Translations under genes and position numbers: made by a program
Origin: Candidatus Gottesmanbacteria bacterium
GTDB lineage: Bacteria > Patescibacteriota > Microgenomatia > UBA10105 > UBA927
DNA: 64,000 nucleotides
Reading direction: 5' to 3'
NCBI GenBank assembly: GCA_030679255.1
Contig: JAUXTO010000013.1
Span: 18,696-82,695, forward strand
The notes under the pieces: generated by a model
The model's input: the letters and a program-made list of their open reading frames with translations, nothing else
Told to the model about the DNA's origin: nothing
Databases searched by the model: none
Shown: positions 1-8,781 of the stretch, one piece after another
How positions within the stretch are numbered: position 1 is the first letter of the stretch
Layout of the letters: every line of letters starts with the position of its first letter

Positions 1-59
1 GCAGTGCGCTGGTGTTATAACTGGGGATGATAATAGATAAATCCATGTTACGTTTTCTC

Positions 60-86
60 GTCATTCCCGCGAAGGCGGGAATCCAG
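60..86. repeat. 27-bp element GTCATTCCCGCGAAGGCGGGAATCCAG containing a perfect 20-bp palindrome (ATTCCCGC-GAAG-GCGGGAAT); intergenic copy. It is followed by two more short hairpins (ATCCAG..CTGGAT and GCCGGA..TCCGGC) up to about position 120.
   Basis: Read directly from the sequence. An identical 27-mer recurs at 52213-52239. Confidence 0.8.
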
Positions 87-133
87 AATTAATGAACTGG
101 ATGCCGGATCAAGTCCGGCATGACAAAGAGGTA

Positions 134-766
134 TTACTGAAATAACCTTGCGAATGTTAATGTGTAGCGCAAATCTTTCGACCGGTACCGGATATGTTTG
201 GCTGGGACTCCCCCAACGACACTGTATGGTTCCACATCATGGGTCACGACCGCGCCACTTGCCACCACTGCGCCGCGACCGATATGGACTCCGGGGAGAA
301 TCGTCACCCTGGTACCAACTACCGAATAGTCATCGATCATCACAGCTCCCTCTTCCTCTTTAAAATCCGGATCATCGATGTCATGCTGCATGGTGAAAAT
401 TCTTACTTCACCGGCTATGGAAACATTATTCCCGATGCGAAGCGGTCGCCTTGCCGGTCGGAAAAAATCACGGATATAACTTCCTCCTTTTCGCTTATGC
501 CGTCCGTCAAGGAATGCATCATTACCGATCACCGTATTATGACCAATTTCAACACCAGATGGATTGTTAAATCTCGCAAGCCAATGAATCGAGCTATCCT
601 TGCCTATTTTTATGCGAAACAAATATCGGTAAAGGAGTAGCCTTATGGTATGACTCGGGATAAGCCCGGTCAGAGTACAAAGGAAAACCCAGAAATCTAT
701 AACAATACGCATATTAGTAAGCACCAAGCACCAATTTCCAAATCCCAAACAAATTCCAATTTTCAA
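134..766 (-). CDS. Hexapeptide-repeat (left-handed beta-helix) sugar acetyltransferase, WcaF-like
   Basis: C-terminal LbH repeats ([60 protein letters not shown]). Hydrophobic N-terminus with an RLLLYRYLFRIKIG motif, similar to the paralog at 6019-6561. The true start may be the internal Met near 712. Confidence 0.75.
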   Translation of the reverse strand: MKIGICLGFGNWCLVLTNMRIVIDFWVFLCTLTGLIPSHTIRLLLYRYLFRIKIGKDSSIHWLARFNNPSGVEIGHNTVIGNDAFLDGRHKRKGGSYIRDFFRPARRPLRIGNNVSIAGEVRIFTMQHDIDDPDFKEEEGAVMIDDYSVVGTRVTILPGVHIGRGAVVASGAVVTHDVEPYSVVGGVPAKHIRYRSKDLRYTLTFARLFQ

Positions 767-820
767 ATTCCAAACGTTTAGGTATTAGTGCTTAGAATTT
801 TGATATTGTTTGTGATTTGG

Positions 821-2035
821 TCATTGGAATTTGGAATTTCGTTCTTGAGCTACCTCTTCCAACACTTCCAACGTTTTTTTTGCCGCAGCCTCCCAAGTAA
901 ATTTACTCACCTGTTCAAGTCCTTTTTTTACTCTCCACTTCCCCTGCATCAAATTTCTATCCCGTACCGCAGAGAGAAGTCCCCGCGTGATACTCTTCGT
1001 GTCACCCGGATCCACGTAAACAGCAGCTTTTCCTGCAATTTCTGGTAAGCTTGATATCCTGCTCACCACGACCGGTACCGATCTCGCCATCGCTTCAAGA
1101 ACCGGCAAACCGAATCCTTCGTAGAGGCTGGGAAGCACAAAACAAAGTGCATGTTCATAAAGACAAGTGAGGTCTTTATCCGGCACAAAATCCAAAAATT
1201 TCACACGGTCAGATATTGCGCACTTCTCCGGAGCCGCAAGTATTTCTTCATAGAGCCACCCTTTCTTTCCGACGATCACCAAATCAATAGCACCGAACCG
1301 TTGTTTATTCGCCTTAAGAAATTCGGCGAATGCCTCAATGAGCCGCACGTAATTCTTCCGGGGCTGCAACGTCCCAACAGAAAGGATGTAGTTTGTTGAA
1401 ATATGATATTTACTTGTTATGGTTTGTTTGGTCATTGTAATTTGGGATTTGTAATTTGTCAGACCTGGGTACGTCACCACTACCTTTTGAGGCGTCACCC
1501 CGTATGCCTTGATTATAGCATTCTTGCTACATTCGCTGATGGTCAGTATGAGACGTGCGCGGGCGGCTGAATACGCCGTCCATTGAGTAAGCTGATACAG
1601 GTCATGCGGCCGGAATAATTCCGTATAATGGAGATAGGATACATCCATAATCGACATAACGCGCGGTACGCGCACAAATCTCGGTATGTAATGCGTAGGA
1701 GAAAATGCCACATCTGCCTTAGGTAAATCAGTTACCAACGCCAACGGCAGACGAAAAAGAGTCCAAAATTTCTTTGGCTGAAGTACGCGGTACTGCCACC
1801 AATCGGTCTGGGTAGGCATATCCGGAAGCGGCGCACTCGGGAGATAGATTCGAAACGTTGTGTTTTGGTGTTCACTTTCGACTTTCCCGCCTGCAACGCT
1901 TTGCGTAGCATTGCGGGCAGGTGACTTTCGACTTTCGACTTGCTCGTAAATATGTTTGAGAATCTCATACGCATATCGACCGATACCCACTCGTTCCCTT
2001 ACATTCGCTTCATAACCATCAATTGCAATTATCAT
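821..2035 (-). CDS. Glycosyltransferase family 4 (GT-B fold), full length
   Basis: C-terminal motif EGFGLPVLEAMARSVPVVVS..PEIAG. The N-terminal domain begins MIIAIDGYEA.. Start ATG at 2035-2033 overlaps the upstream stop (ATGA). Confidence 0.85.
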   Translation of the reverse strand: MIIAIDGYEANVRERVGIGRYAYEILKHIYEQVESRKSPARNATQSVAGGKVESEHQNTTFRIYLPSAPLPDMPTQTDWWQYRVLQPKKFWTLFRLPLALVTDLPKADVAFSPTHYIPRFVRVPRVMSIMDVSYLHYTELFRPHDLYQLTQWTAYSAARARLILTISECSKNAIIKAYGVTPQKVVVTYPGLTNYKSQITMTKQTITSKYHISTNYILSVGTLQPRKNYVRLIEAFAEFLKANKQRFGAIDLVIVGKKGWLYEEILAAPEKCAISDRVKFLDFVPDKDLTCLYEHALCFVLPSLYEGFGLPVLEAMARSVPVVVSRISSLPEIAGKAAVYVDPGDTKSITRGLLSAVRDRNLMQGKWRVKKGLEQVSKFTWEAAAKKTLEVLEEVAQERNSKFQ

Positions 2036-2577
2036 AGGTATCCCGGATAAACAACCTGTAATCTATTCTCTGGAATATTTAACAATTTACCAACGTCATT
2101 CTTTGTCGATTGTGAATCACAAAGGATAGTCTTGCATTCGCGTTTTATCCATGCAAGGCGTCGACCTTGTACCTCGAGGATACGTTTGGCAAACGTTTCG
2201 GGGTAACGCAAAAAACTCACATCATGGATGGTTGTGACTCCTAGAGCATGAGCCAGCGGAGGCTGTGTCCAGTCGCTGCTCCAAAAAACATCTATCGGGC
2301 CGGTGAACCACTCAACGGGTACGATATGAAGCGTATTCCAGATGAATTCCAGGAATGTAGGAGGAATCGGAACTGCCACTAAACGGATCCGGGAACTGCC
2401 CTCGCGCACCTCTTCAAAATACGCTTTAATGAAGGAAAGTTTCCGCAGTGAAGCACCAAAAAGAACATACTCGTTCTTCTGGTCAATGGCGAGGAGTGCT
2501 TTCACGAGATGACGGACATATTCGCCTACCCCCGTTCCCTCATGCACGATCTGGCTGATATCGATACCTATTTTCAT
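2032..2577 (-). CDS. GT4 N-terminal-domain-only protein (truncated glycosyltransferase fragment; possible pseudogene or standalone domain)
   Basis: 181 aa. Begins MKIGIDISQIVHEGTGVGEYVRHL like a GT4 N-domain and ends ..ENRLQVVYPGYL, exactly where the C-domain would begin. Its stop overlaps the start of the downstream full-length GT4 (ATGA). Confidence 0.55.
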   Translation of the reverse strand: MKIGIDISQIVHEGTGVGEYVRHLVKALLAIDQKNEYVLFGASLRKLSFIKAYFEEVREGSSRIRLVAVPIPPTFLEFIWNTLHIVPVEWFTGPIDVFWSSDWTQPPLAHALGVTTIHDVSFLRYPETFAKRILEVQGRRLAWIKRECKTILCDSQSTKNDVGKLLNIPENRLQVVYPGYL

Positions 2578-2617
2578 ATGTCTTACGTCCTACATCCTAC
2601 GTCTTATGTCCTACTTC
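2576..2617. repeat. Tandem heptamer tract, 6 units of TAYRTCY (minus-strand reading TAGGACR-like). It fills the entire gap between the galE stop and the start of the GT4 fragment.
   Basis: tatgtct|tacgtcc|tacatcc|tacgtct|tatgtcc|tacttct read directly. Same family as the tracts at 47259-47295 and 47706-47747. Confidence 0.8.
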
Positions 2618-3597
2618 TTCCCGTCTTCCAATCTCTTCTGATGCCATTTCCACGCCGTTTCTATGATGGTCGCCAATTCCGGGTATTCTGGTTCCCATCC
2701 GAGCACCGTTCGGGCTTTCTGATTATCCGCCCAGAGTTTGGCGGGGTCTCCGGGACGGCGCGGGGCAAACGAACGCATGACGCGCTGTCCAGTCACGCGC
2801 TCGACCGTATCCAATACTTCCAGATTGCTATATCCCTTCCCAACGCCGAGATTGATGGCTGTGGACTCTCCGCCGCGGGAGAGATACTCAACGGCTTTCA
2901 GATGCGCATGAGCCAGATCTACGACGTGTATGTAATCCCGTATGCATGTGCCATCCGGCGTTTCATAATCATTGCCATAGAGTTCAAATTTTTCCCGTTT
3001 CCCGGAAGCCACGTCAAGGGCGATAGGAATGATGTGAGATTCACGGCCGTGTGCCTCGCCCAAGCTTCCATCCGGAAGAGCCCCGGCAGCGTTAAAATAA
3101 CGAAGGATGACAAAGTTCGTGCTGTAAATCCGTCCATACCACTCAATCATCTCTTCGACCATCCGCTTGCTAGACCCATACACCGAAACCGGCGCAATCG
3201 CCGCATCCTCCATGACCGGTACGTGATCCGGATACCCATAAACAGCACTCGTCGAGGAAAAAATGACAGAAGGATTACCATGTAGCCTGACCGCCTCAAG
3301 CAAATTCAATCCCCCACGGAGATTATTATCAAAATATTCATACGGCTTCTCCATGGACTCTCCAGCGAGAGAGTAGGCAGCAAAATGAACGACCGCATCG
3401 AAAGACTCCGAGGCAAGAGCCTGATCAATATCTTCTTTATTACGGATATCCCCTACGATAAGCTTCGTGTCCCTGACTGCCTGCCTATGCCCGAGAGAAA
3501 GATTGTCAAAGACAACCGTTTCAAATCCCTGCTGCCTCAAAACTGCATTGGTGACGGAACCGATATAGCCTGCCCCCCCAGTGATGAGTATTTTCAT
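2611..3597 (-). CDS. galE: UDP-glucose 4-epimerase
   Basis: MKILITGGAGYIGS, ..YSLAGES.., ..YGSSKRMVE.. (YxxxK), and length 328 aa. Classic GalE SDR. Confidence 0.9.
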   Translation of the reverse strand: MKILITGGAGYIGSVTNAVLRQQGFETVVFDNLSLGHRQAVRDTKLIVGDIRNKEDIDQALASESFDAVVHFAAYSLAGESMEKPYEYFDNNLRGGLNLLEAVRLHGNPSVIFSSTSAVYGYPDHVPVMEDAAIAPVSVYGSSKRMVEEMIEWYGRIYSTNFVILRYFNAAGALPDGSLGEAHGRESHIIPIALDVASGKREKFELYGNDYETPDGTCIRDYIHVVDLAHAHLKAVEYLSRGGESTAINLGVGKGYSNLEVLDTVERVTGQRVMRSFAPRRPGDPAKLWADNQKARTVLGWEPEYPELATIIETAWKWHQKRLEDGKK

Positions 3598-3603
3598 GTA
3601 CCT

Positions 3604-3826
3604 TTATTCTACCCTATGCGGCCGGATGAGCGAAATGAGAATAAATGTGAGGAAATAGGCCGCTGCGTACCACGTCATCCTCTCTGCGGTAAAAAACGTC
3701 CAAGTCGCGAAAAGTGGTATTGCCAGGACCAGACACCCGAGTCCTACCCACACAAAAAATACTGGGCGGCGGACCAAGAGAAGCACGGCAAATACTATAA
3801 AAAATCCGACATCTTGTGGTTTCATA
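3604..3826 (-). CDS. Small 2-TM membrane protein (about 74 aa), function unknown
   Basis: Starts at the internal Met (MKPQDVGFF..), whose ATG overlaps the stop of the upstream UXS-like gene (ATGA). Two hydrophobic helices. The longer 94-aa ORF version would overlap the upstream gene by 67 nt. Confidence 0.45.
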
Positions 3827-4781
3827 ATGACCGGTAATAGGCAATGGTCTTTGAGAGTCCATCGGTGACGGATACGTTCGGTTCCCACGCGAGAACGGTC
3901 TTTGCCTTAGCAATATCCGGCTGGCGTTCATGCGGATCGTCTGTAGGCAATTCCTTGAATATAATTTCGGATGCAGATTTGATCATTTCTTTTATTTTCA
4001 AAGCCAAATCAACCATCCGATATTCTTCCGGATTACCCAAATTTATCACCTCGCCGTTCGTTTTTTCTCCAAACATTGCCTGCATGATGCCATCAACTAA
4101 ATCTGATACATAGCAAAATGACCGTGTCTGGGTCCCATCACCATAGACGGTCATGTGCTCGCCTTTGATCGCCTGGTTCACGAGATTGGATATCACCCGA
4201 CCATCGTCGGACCGCATCCTTGGCCCATAGGTGTTAAAAATACGGATAATGCGCGCATCGAGTTTGTATTTCCGTTGATAAACCATCGTCATCATTTCCC
4301 CGAACCGCTTTGACTCATCATAACATGCTCTGATCCCTACAGGATTCACGTTACCCCAATAGGTTTCCTTCTGTGGATGCTCTTTGGGATCCCCATACAC
4401 TTCCGACGTCGAAGCAAATAGAAATTTCGCACCGGTTTCCTGAGCGACTTCCAAGAGATTTCTCGTGCCAATCGAATTGACGAGCGCAGTTTCTTCAGGA
4501 TATTTTTGGTAATCCACGACCGAGGCAGGTGAAGCGAGATGAAAAATATAAGAAACGTTATTTAATTGTTTTATGGTTTCACGGTTCAATGGTTCTGAAA
4601 CATCATGATCGAGGAAAATAAACTGTGAATTGTCAAATGCATCAGAAAGATTTTCTTTTCTCCCAGTAACTAAATTGTCCACGCAGATGACGCTGTACCC
4701 GGCTCCAAGCAGCTTATCGCAAAGGTGCGAACCGATAAACCCCGCTCCTCCCGTCACCAAGCACGTTTTCTCATCGTTCAT
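3822..4781 (-). CDS. UDP-glucuronate decarboxylase family SDR (UXS / ArnA C-domain-like)
   Basis: LVTGGAGFIGSHL, ..ACYDESKRFGE.., DDGRVISN. 319 aa. Paralog at 32796-33914. Confidence 0.8.
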   Translation of the reverse strand: MNDEKTCLVTGGAGFIGSHLCDKLLGAGYSVICVDNLVTGRKENLSDAFDNSQFIFLDHDVSEPLNRETIKQLNNVSYIFHLASPASVVDYQKYPEETALVNSIGTRNLLEVAQETGAKFLFASTSEVYGDPKEHPQKETYWGNVNPVGIRACYDESKRFGEMMTMVYQRKYKLDARIIRIFNTYGPRMRSDDGRVISNLVNQAIKGEHMTVYGDGTQTRSFCYVSDLVDGIMQAMFGEKTNGEVINLGNPEEYRMVDLALKIKEMIKSASEIIFKELPTDDPHERQPDIAKAKTVLAWEPNVSVTDGLSKTIAYYRSL

Positions 4782-4793
4782 ACTACCATTGTA

Positions 4794-5969
4794 CTACTTC
4801 TTCCATTCACCGGCGAGCCACGACACTGCGGCAATCACGTCATGGATATCTTTCTCCCGCAAATTAGCTCCGAGCGGTAACGACACTGTTCTCTCGCCGA
4901 TAAACTCCGCATGAGGAAACATGTTTTTTTTGAAACCAAAGGTCTTACGGTAGTACTCATGGAGATGGACAGGACTGAAATGAACCCCGCTTCCGATGTT
5001 CATTTTGATCAGTTGATCGACAAAATCATCCCGGGATATCCGTAATTTCTCGAGTCGCAAGAGTATTGCAAATAAATGCCGTGCATGTTTTGTGTTGGGT
5101 GATTCGGCGGCCGGAAGCATGAGTTCCGGTACGCTTGTGAACGCATGCATATACGTTTCCCAATGTTGTTTTCTGATGACCCAATTTTTTTCCACACGGG
5201 CGAGTTGATGGATGCCGATTGATGAGGCAATATCCGTCAAATTGTATTTATATCCTGGAGTAACCGCTTCATAATGCCGGTAGTACCGCACGCTGTACCG
5301 CTTATATGCATCCTGCGATAAACCGTGGAGACTCATAATCCGCATGGACTCGGCAAATTTTTTACTATTTGTCGTTACCATCCCTCCTTCGCCGGTTGCA
5401 ATATTTTTCGTCACATAAAAAGAAAATACGGTGATATCGCCGATCGACCCAATCTTTTTCCGCTTATAGACTGCCTCTGCGGCATGGGCCGCATCCTCAA
5501 CGACAAAAAGCTTATGGCGGCGGGCAATACTCATGATTGCATCCATATCGCAAGGCCGCCCGTGCAGATGGACTGGCAAAATGACTTTTGTCTTGGAAGT
5601 AATCTTTTTTTCAATTTCCTTGGGATCAATATTCCATGTCTCCCGGTCCACATCGGCAAACACTGGGGTGGCGCCACAGTGGAGTATCACGTTGGCTGTA
5701 GACACAAAGGTGAGGGGAGTTGTGATGACTTCGTCGCCCTTCCCCACGCCTAATGCAATGAGGGCGAGATGCAGTCCCGCCGTTGCCGAATTGACACCGA
5801 GCGCGTATTTGGCTTTCGCGTAGTGTGCAAAGGCCGTTTCAAACTCTTCCGTCTTGGGCCCCGTCCCCCACCAACCCGATTTGAGGGTATCCACGACTTC
5901 GGCAATTTCCTCATGGCCGATGTAGGGCTTACCGAAAACCAAAAATGATTTTCTCTGCGGTTTCTTCAT
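4794..5969 (-). CDS. DegT/DnrJ/EryC1 family PLP-dependent sugar aminotransferase
   Basis: ..KSGWWGTGPKTEEFE.., NSATAGLHLAL, the DAAHA box, and FSFYVTKNIATGEGG with the catalytic Lys present. Confidence 0.85.
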   Translation of the reverse strand: MKKPQRKSFLVFGKPYIGHEEIAEVVDTLKSGWWGTGPKTEEFETAFAHYAKAKYALGVNSATAGLHLALIALGVGKGDEVITTPLTFVSTANVILHCGATPVFADVDRETWNIDPKEIEKKITSKTKVILPVHLHGRPCDMDAIMSIARRHKLFVVEDAAHAAEAVYKRKKIGSIGDITVFSFYVTKNIATGEGGMVTTNSKKFAESMRIMSLHGLSQDAYKRYSVRYYRHYEAVTPGYKYNLTDIASSIGIHQLARVEKNWVIRKQHWETYMHAFTSVPELMLPAAESPNTKHARHLFAILLRLEKLRISRDDFVDQLIKMNIGSGVHFSPVHLHEYYRKTFGFKKNMFPHAEFIGERTVSLPLGANLREKDIHDVIAAVSWLAGEWKK

Positions 5970-6018
5970 AGTTATTCAAGACCACCTCTTGCAAATTGCA
6001 AGAGGTGGTCTTATGAAA

Positions 6019-6561
6019 TTACGACTTAAATCTTCGTATCACCCTCGCCGGTACCCCTCCCACAAGAGTTTTTGGCGGTACATCCCGGGTCACGACTGCC
6101 CCGGCTCCCACTGCAGCCCCATCGCCTATCGTGAGTCCGGGGAGTATCACGACCCGCGCCCCAACGAAACATCCCCGTTTTAATCTCACTGGTTTGGCTA
6201 TGGAAGGAATCGACGCTTGCAGTGGATGATCTTTATACCCCACGTTTGTATGAGTAAGGATCATGACATCAAGCGACAGTGTCACATCGTCTTCCAGGGT
6301 TATCCTCTCCGCTAAATCCAAGGTTACCTCGTCTCCCAAAAAACAATTATCGCCCATTGAGATCCCACTGATCCCAGTCCTATACAGATTAACGAGACGG
6401 ATCCGTTCTATGACGGTATTTTGTCCAATCTGTGCGCCAAAGAGCCGCAAAATCCACACGCGCATCGGGGAGACAACCATCATGGCAAACAGATACTGCC
6501 AGAGGCTAAATAATCCATAACGGATAGCTTTTTCAATCCCGATTTCTTTGAATGCCATCAT
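6019..6561 (-). CDS. WcaF-like hexapeptide acetyltransferase
   Basis: Short N-terminus with [14 protein letters not shown] (WcaF-type motif). C-terminal LbH repeats ..[41 protein letters not shown]. Confidence 0.75.
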   Translation of the reverse strand: MMAFKEIGIEKAIRYGLFSLWQYLFAMMVVSPMRVWILRLFGAQIGQNTVIERIRLVNLYRTGISGISMGDNCFLGDEVTLDLAERITLEDDVTLSLDVMILTHTNVGYKDHPLQASIPSIAKPVRLKRGCFVGARVVILPGLTIGDGAAVGAGAVVTRDVPPKTLVGGVPARVIRRFKS

Positions 6562-6565
6562 AAAT

Positions 6566-7297
6566 TTACGGTAACAAATATCCTTGTTTAACCAATTGTT
6601 TATGAAATCCCAAGAGGTTCTTTATGTATTCATATGTATCATGGACGAGCCGGACCGACGATTTTTTATCAAAACGGCGGATAAAGAGGACTGGCGCCTC
6701 ACGTATGACGAGTCCTGCGTAGTAGGCATACGTCATAATTTCAGTGTCCCAAAACCAACCATTATGCTTCGTCTTATTGAGAATAGGTAGTATCTTTTTC
6801 CGGTTAAAAAATTTATAGCCGGTCTCCGTATCCTGGAGAGGTATTCCCAACACCGATCGCACGAGCCAGGAATACCCACGGGATAGTATTGACCGATGAA
6901 TAGATGATAACCCTTCACGATACACCCGAAGCCCGGTGACGACATCAGCTTCCCCATCCAGAATCATACGGACAAATGACGGGATATATACCGACGAAAC
7001 TTCAAGATCAATATCGATAAACCCAACAACACCCCCGCGCGCAATGGCAATTCCATCCCGCACCGTTTTTCCCCTCCCTTGATTGACCGGGTGATAGAGT
7101 GCCCGGAAATTTTTGTTCTTTTTGACGAGTGACGCAATGATCTCCCTCGTCCCATCAGTACTTTTATCATCCACAAATATAAGTTCATAGGAAAACACAC
7201 TATCATCCAGCTCCGACGTTATACGGGTAACACTCTCCCGCAGAAGATTTTCTTCGTTATAGCAGGCGATGATGAGAGATAGATCAATATACTTCAT
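6566..7297 (-). CDS. GT2 polyprenol-phosphate glycosyltransferase (DPM1/GtrB/ArnC-like)
   Basis: [26 protein letters not shown].. GT-A motifs; 243 aa. Its first ~15 codons recur as decayed remnants at 8745-8775, 11845-11895, 13321-13374 and 13665-13715. Confidence 0.8.
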   Translation of the reverse strand: MKYIDLSLIIACYNEENLLRESVTRITSELDDSVFSYELIFVDDKSTDGTREIIASLVKKNKNFRALYHPVNQGRGKTVRDGIAIARGGVVGFIDIDLEVSSVYIPSFVRMILDGEADVVTGLRVYREGLSSIHRSILSRGYSWLVRSVLGIPLQDTETGYKFFNRKKILPILNKTKHNGWFWDTEIMTYAYYAGLVIREAPVLFIRRFDKKSSVRLVHDTYEYIKNLLGFHKQLVKQGYLLP

Positions 7298-7300
7298 TCG

Positions 7301-7999
7301 TTAAAGAAAATGCATCGTCTTTTTGATTAAACTCTCAAGTTCTCCTATTAGCTTTGCCTTGGCCCAATCTTTTTGTGACTCGGTCAGAACCTCTCCTAGT
7401 CCAACGAGTATTTTCTTTGAGTCCCGGTTCGATACAAATTCCAAAAGTGATTTATAGAAATCTTTCGGCTGCTTACCAGTTCGATGTCTGATGATGTCAT
7501 AATTGATGTCTGTCGCATATGATGAACTTAAAAAATAGTGAATATCAAACAAATCCCTGTTTGCGATACTTTTTCTTTCCATGGAAGCTACCAGCTTGTG
7601 AGCAATCATATCCCGTATATGCATGGTCTTGACGGTTACACCATAAAACGGTAGTAAGCCGTAATGGTTATATGGATTATCCCTGGTCGATATTTCTACC
7701 TTTATGTGCGCCAAACCCAGGCCATAACTTACTACCCAAAACAGAGTATTAAATTTTGTACTATAGTCCTTGATATCGTATTTAGCAGATAATAATTGCG
7801 TCATCTGATCTCCTACCCCATCACTCTGAGACAGGAGATCAAAATCCAAATCTACGGAAAACCGAGGTAACTTATAAAAAAGCATCGCCGCTGTACCGCC
7901 TTTAAAGCCCAAAATAGGGCTCAGTGTGCTATTTTTGTAAATATCGAGCAAAATATTGGTCAGGTGTGTCTTGTGTTTGGTAATATCAAGCGCTTTCAT
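7301..7999 (-). CDS. AbiEii/AbiGii-family nucleotidyltransferase toxin (type IV toxin-antitoxin)
   Basis: GFKGGTAAMLFYKLPRFSVDLDFD motif. ATGA overlap with the upstream AbiEi gene. Confidence 0.8.
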   Translation of the reverse strand: MKALDITKHKTHLTNILLDIYKNSTLSPILGFKGGTAAMLFYKLPRFSVDLDFDLLSQSDGVGDQMTQLLSAKYDIKDYSTKFNTLFWVVSYGLGLAHIKVEISTRDNPYNHYGLLPFYGVTVKTMHIRDMIAHKLVASMERKSIANRDLFDIHYFLSSSYATDINYDIIRHRTGKQPKDFYKSLLEFVSNRDSKKILVGLGEVLTESQKDWAKAKLIGELESLIKKTMHFL

Positions 8000-8571
8000 A
8001 CGATGGTATATTTATTGATAAATCCTGCAATAACCGTATTGTTTCCGTACACATCGGTATTCAAATTCCTCATCAGCTCCCAATGAATATCACGCAAATT
8101 GTCAAAAAATGCATCTCCATCCAAATATAATGTATCGCACAGAGCCCGTTCCGGTGTAGCCTTATGGACACCGTCTACAAATATTGTTCCGATATGGTTG
8201 AGCAAAATATCATCTTTGATTTTTCGATAGATATATTTTTGACCATCAACTTCATATATTTCCGATCTCTGGGATACGGCGTATATGTCCGAATAGGGCT
8301 GAAATATGATTCCTACTTCCTGCAATACGGTGTAGAGGCTTATATAGGAAGGAGTTCTAAACTTATTGGCAAACTCTATCCTGGAATAATCGTTGGAAAA
8401 TGCATAAATACCCCGCGTAATTCTTTTTACATCCTTCTTTTTGGTCGCATATTTCAGAGCAGAATACAATTTGGCGCCACTATATCCTGCAACTTGTTGC
8501 GACAAATCAGAAACCAAATAAACAGTTTGACGGGAATTTTTACCTATGGATAACGCTTTTATATACCCCAT
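7996..8571 (-). CDS. AbiEi-family antitoxin / transcriptional autoregulator
   Basis: About 190 aa, immediately upstream of and translationally coupled to the AbiEii toxin. Family assignment rests on architecture plus sequence character. Confidence 0.65.
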   Translation of the reverse strand: MGYIKALSIGKNSRQTVYLVSDLSQQVAGYSGAKLYSALKYATKKKDVKRITRGIYAFSNDYSRIEFANKFRTPSYISLYTVLQEVGIIFQPYSDIYAVSQRSEIYEVDGQKYIYRKIKDDILLNHIGTIFVDGVHKATPERALCDTLYLDGDAFFDNLRDIHWELMRNLNTDVYGNNTVIAGFINKYTIV

Positions 8572-8619
8572 ATCACCCCGAAGTGTAAATTATTTCCATT
8601 TCCATGTCAAGAGAATCGA

Positions 8620-8740
8620 TTTAAAATAAAGACTCAGTGGGCTTTATATGATCAAGTGTTAGCTTACTATACAAAAATGTACAGTATCCTTACATTGATC
8701 ACAAGGAGATCTTTAAACACAGTAGCTTTTCCTCGTTTAA
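8620..8740. promoter_or_regulatory. Conserved ~100-bp element, copy 1, upstream of AbiEi #1. It contains the inverted repeat TGATCAAGTGT..N33..ACATTGATCA and is a candidate AbiEi operator/promoter.
   Basis: Near-identical copies occur at 10180-10290 and 13560-13660. Confidence 0.5.
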
Positions 8741-8781
8741 CAGGCGATCACGAGGGAAAGAACTGGTTAATTCATATTCTG

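Noticed and set aside
60-86. Neisserial origin suggested by the dRS3-like ATTCCC-N8-GGGAAT palindrome
   Set aside because: No DNA uptake sequences and no neisserial gene content. The composition is AT-rich and mosaic. The resemblance is treated as convergent or analogous.
2509-3285. 258-aa plus-strand ORF overlapping galE
   Set aside because: Entirely antisense to a high-confidence GalE gene. Low-complexity, Arg-rich translation. A shadow ORF.
5325-5823. Plus-strand ORFs (142 and 96 aa) inside DegT #1
   Set aside because: Antisense shadow ORFs within a well-supported aminotransferase.
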